From Candidatus Marinacidobacterales bacterium (GTDB lineage: Bacteria > Acidobacteriota > Vicinamibacteria > Marinacidobacterales > SMYC01): a DNA stretch of 64,000 nt. This document shows positions 61,313-64,000 of the stretch, in pieces (position 1 is the first letter of the stretch; the number at the start of each line of letters is the position of its first letter). The notes under the pieces were generated by a model. The model was not told the DNA's origin. It made no database searches and saw nothing but the letters and a program-made list of their open reading frames with translations. Location of the stretch: positions 384,001-448,000 of the forward strand of contig CBDCYI010000005.1 in NCBI GenBank assembly GCA_965224085.1, given 5' to 3'. A program made the translations under genes and the position numbers.

Positions 61313-61697
61313 AGTCTCACATGTTACCACTGGGCTAAGTGCGCGCGAGAAATGCGTTAATAGGGTACTTTCGAGTGAACGAACGATTTCGGTCACTCCC
61401 CGCTGACCTCCGCCCACGCGGGCGGTGCCATTGCTGTCAAGTTGAGGCATTCAGGGCCGATCCGACCCCGAGATGTTGGCAACGGTGGCTCGAGCCCCAT
61501 TATCTAGCGGCCCAATCCGAGCTCGAGACCTCAACTTCACAATACCGCTCGCTGTATTTCGTCGTGACCAGCAACGAGTTGGACATCTGGCTCATCTCTT
61601 TCGACGAGACACCGGAGACTCCCTGACGGGCTGTCGCCGCATAAACCATCCTCCCACATTGCCTCGCGGGCGGCGCTTGTGCTAGTTTCCGAGCTTC

Positions 61698-62585
61698 GTG
61701 AGAAGACATTCCACGCTCCGCGTGGGGCTCAACGCCGCGATTCTCGCGGTGACCGGGGACAGCCCGCGGGTGCTCACCGTGGCGCAGGAGCCGAGCGGGA
61801 TTTCCGCCCTTCCCTTCGGACCTCTCGATCCCATCGAGGACCGGACGCTCGAGCTCGGTCTTCGAGGCTGGGTCCGCGAACAGACGGGCCTCGAGCTCGG
61901 CTACGTCGAGCAGCTCTACACGTTCGGCGATCTCGACCGCGATCCGTTCGCCAGCGGAGAGATGCGCGTGATCTCCGTGGCGTATCTCGCCCTCGTCCGC
62001 GAGGAGGCGCTCGTGAAGGGCACGGCCCGGTGGCTCGACGTCTACTCGTTCTTCCCGTGGGAAGACCGTCGGGAGGGACCGACTTCCCAATTCCAGAAGG
62101 AGCTTCTGCCTAGGCTCAGGCGCTGGGTCGACAAAGCCCTGAAACAACGGAAAGAGCGAGTCCATATCGCTTTCGGTCAAGGAAAAGCACCGTGGGATCC
62201 CGAGCGCGTGCTGGAACGTTACGAGATTCTCTGGGAGGCGCGCCTGGCAACGCACTCCGGCCGCGACATGGCCCTTGACCATCGGCGCATCCTCGCCACC
62301 GCGCTCGGCCGCCTGCGGAGCAAGATCCGCTACCGGCCCATCGTCTTCGAGCTTATGCCGGAGACGTTCACGCTGCTCCAGCTTCAGAAGGTGGTCGAGG
62401 CTCTGGCCGGGGTGCGCCTGCACAAGCAGAACTTCCGGCGACTTCTCGAGACGGGCCGTCTCGTGGAAGGCACCGGCGCCAGCTTTGCCGAAACGGGCGG
62501 ACGTCCGGCGGAGCTCTTTCGGTTTCGACGCGATGTCGTGCGCGAGCGGCCGAGTGCCGGAGTGAGATTCCCCCGGCTTGGTTGA
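61698..62585 (+). CDS. nadQ: NadQ/NrtR-type NAD-biosynthesis regulator (Nudix-like + wHTH)
   Basis: LPFGP, LGYVEQLYTFGD, ERVLERYE, DHRRILATALGRLR, LHKQNFRR, GGRPAELF; upstream of nadA. Confidence 0.85.
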   Translation: MRRHSTLRVGLNAAILAVTGDSPRVLTVAQEPSGISALPFGPLDPIEDRTLELGLRGWVREQTGLELGYVEQLYTFGDLDRDPFASGEMRVISVAYLALVREEALVKGTARWLDVYSFFPWEDRREGPTSQFQKELLPRLRRWVDKALKQRKERVHIAFGQGKAPWDPERVLERYEILWEARLATHSGRDMALDHRRILATALGRLRSKIRYRPIVFELMPETFTLLQLQKVVEALAGVRLHKQNFRRLLETGRLVEGTGASFAETGGRPAELFRFRRDVVRERPSAGVRFPRLG

Positions 62586-62680
62586 CAGCTTCTCCAGGCT
62601 ACCTTATGCTCTTCCAGAGCATAGTCGGGCGCGTTGGCCCGCTTTTTATTTGGCGCCAGTTGTTCTCCATATGAGCATAA
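62582..62680 (+). promoter_or_regulatory. nadA promoter with two NadQ boxes
   Basis: TTGACA(62582)-N17-TATGCT; ttatgctcttccagagcatag (62604-62624) and ttgttctccatatgagcataa (62660-62680) resemble ttATGCTC-N5-GAGCATaa. Confidence 0.8.
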
Positions 62681-62696
62681 GGAAGGGACGAGAACC

Positions 62697-63710
62697 ATGA
62701 CACACGGCCATACCGAGCCCGGGCCGCCCCCGTGGACGCCCGAGATTGCGAGAGAGACCGAGCCGCTCTACGAGAGACTGCGAGCCGTCGTGCCGGCGCT
62801 CGAGTGGCGCGTGCACGCCCCCTACATCCACGCTATCGAGCAGTGGAAGCGCAGGCGAAACGCCATCGTGCTCGCCCACAACTACCAGACGCCGGAGATC
62901 TTTCACGGCGTGGCCGATCGCTCGGGGGACTCGCTTGCTCTCGCCCGACTCGCGGCGGAGACGGACGCCGAGGTCATCGTCGTCGCCGGCGTGCACTTCA
63001 TGGCGGAAACTGCCAGCCTCTTGAACCCGGAGAAAACGGTTCTCATTCCCGACACGGAAGCCGGTTGCTCTCTTGCCGCCTCCATCACGGGTGCGGACGT
63101 GCGGCTTCTCAGGGAGCGCTACCCCGGCGTTCCGGTCGTGACGTACGTCAACACTTCGGCCGAAGTGAAGGCGGAAAGTGACGTTTGCTGCACCTCGTCG
63201 AACGCCGTTGAGATGGTCGAGTCGCTCGGCGCCGAACGGGTCATTTTCCTCCCCGACGAGTACCTCGGGCGCTGGGTGAGCCAGCAGACGAAGGTCGACG
63301 TCATTCTCTGGAAAGGCCACTGCGAGGTGCACGAGCGTTTCACGGCAGAGGATCTCCTGAGCGCGCGTGAGCAGTACGGCGACATCACGATTCTGGCGCA
63401 CCCGGAATGCCCACCCGGTGTGCTCGCGGAAGCGGACTTCGTCGGCTCCACTTCCGCGATGAGCGGCTTCGTCTCGGACCACAAGCCCGGCCGGGTACTC
63501 ATGGTGACGGAGTGCTCGATGAGCGACAACGTCCAGATCGACAACCCGGATACCGAGTTCATCCGTCCCTGCAATCTCTGCCCCCATATGAAGCGCATCA
63601 CGCTCGCCAACATTCTCCACGCGCTCCAGACGATGACGCATCGGGTCCAGATCGCCCCGGAGGTCGCGCCGCGGGCGCGACGAGCCGTGGAGCGGATGCT
63701 CGAGCTGTGA
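62697..63710 (+). CDS. nadA: Quinolinate synthase
   Basis: [44 protein letters not shown]. Confidence 0.97.
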   Translation: MTHGHTEPGPPPWTPEIARETEPLYERLRAVVPALEWRVHAPYIHAIEQWKRRRNAIVLAHNYQTPEIFHGVADRSGDSLALARLAAETDAEVIVVAGVHFMAETASLLNPEKTVLIPDTEAGCSLAASITGADVRLLRERYPGVPVVTYVNTSAEVKAESDVCCTSSNAVEMVESLGAERVIFLPDEYLGRWVSQQTKVDVILWKGHCEVHERFTAEDLLSAREQYGDITILAHPECPPGVLAEADFVGSTSAMSGFVSDHKPGRVLMVTECSMSDNVQIDNPDTEFIRPCNLCPHMKRITLANILHALQTMTHRVQIAPEVAPRARRAVERMLEL

Positions 63711-63720
63711 GACGTCGCCG

Positions 63721-64000
63721 ATGAACAGGCCGAACAAGCTGCACCCGCAGCCGCCCGATGCGACCGTCACCGACACTCTCGTCAAGGAAGCCTTGAGAGA
63801 GGATTTGGCGGCCGCAGGTGACATCACCACGAACGCGATCGTGCCGCTGGAAAGGCAGGCGATCGCGCACCTCGTTGCGAGACAGCCCGGGCGCCTCGCC
63901 GGCCTGTTCATGGCGGAGCGCGTCTTCGCCCGGCTCGATCATGAGCTCGTCTTCGAATCGCTCGCGGCCGACGGCAGCGACGTGCAGTACGGTGAGCCTC
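63721..64000 (+). CDS. nadC: Nicotinate-nucleotide pyrophosphorylase (partial, runs off window)
   Basis: ALREDLAAAGDITT, LVARQPGRLAG, DGSDV. Confidence 0.85.
   Translation, partial: MNRPNKLHPQPPDATVTDTLVKEALREDLAAAGDITTNAIVPLERQAIAHLVARQPGRLAGLFMAERVFARLDHELVFESLAADGSDVQYGEP

Overview
GC-rich bacterial chromosomal window. Gene content (DUF1552/ankyrin cluster, GWxTD, CRTAC1/ASPIC-UnbV, many Tat/lipoprotein enzymes) suggests Acidobacteriota/Vicinamibacteria-like; this is inference only. Intact blocks: a Rrf2-sufBCDSUT Fe-S operon with two IscR-type operators, cstA, pgi, an oxidoreductase-ECF sigma-NrsF-MsrP stress cluster, an MNT-HEPN pair, tesA-ABC, and nadQ-nadA-nadC with two NadQ boxes. 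Highlights not shown by the ORF track: (1) a probably exported tandem rhodanese whose catalytic Cys codon is an in-frame UGA followed by a SECIS-like hairpin (selenoprotein); (2) a ~2.95 kb tyrosine-recombinase + IS91/Y2-transposase element splitting a Ser/Thr kinase, with no target duplication, 14-bp inverted repeats, a ~170-nt leader hairpin and an extra 86-nt hairpin outside the right repeat; (3) a ~100-bp in-place inversion covering the catalytic-Cys segment of a thiolase, which is also in frame with an upstream aminotransferase; (4) an IS630 that rewrote the C-terminus of a Tat-signal deacetylase. Many single-base lesions and chimeric gene fragments occur, mostly at 51-61.6 kb. They could be real decay or assembly/amplification artefacts, and that caveat applies to all pseudogene calls. 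No CRISPR array, rRNA or tRNA was recognised.
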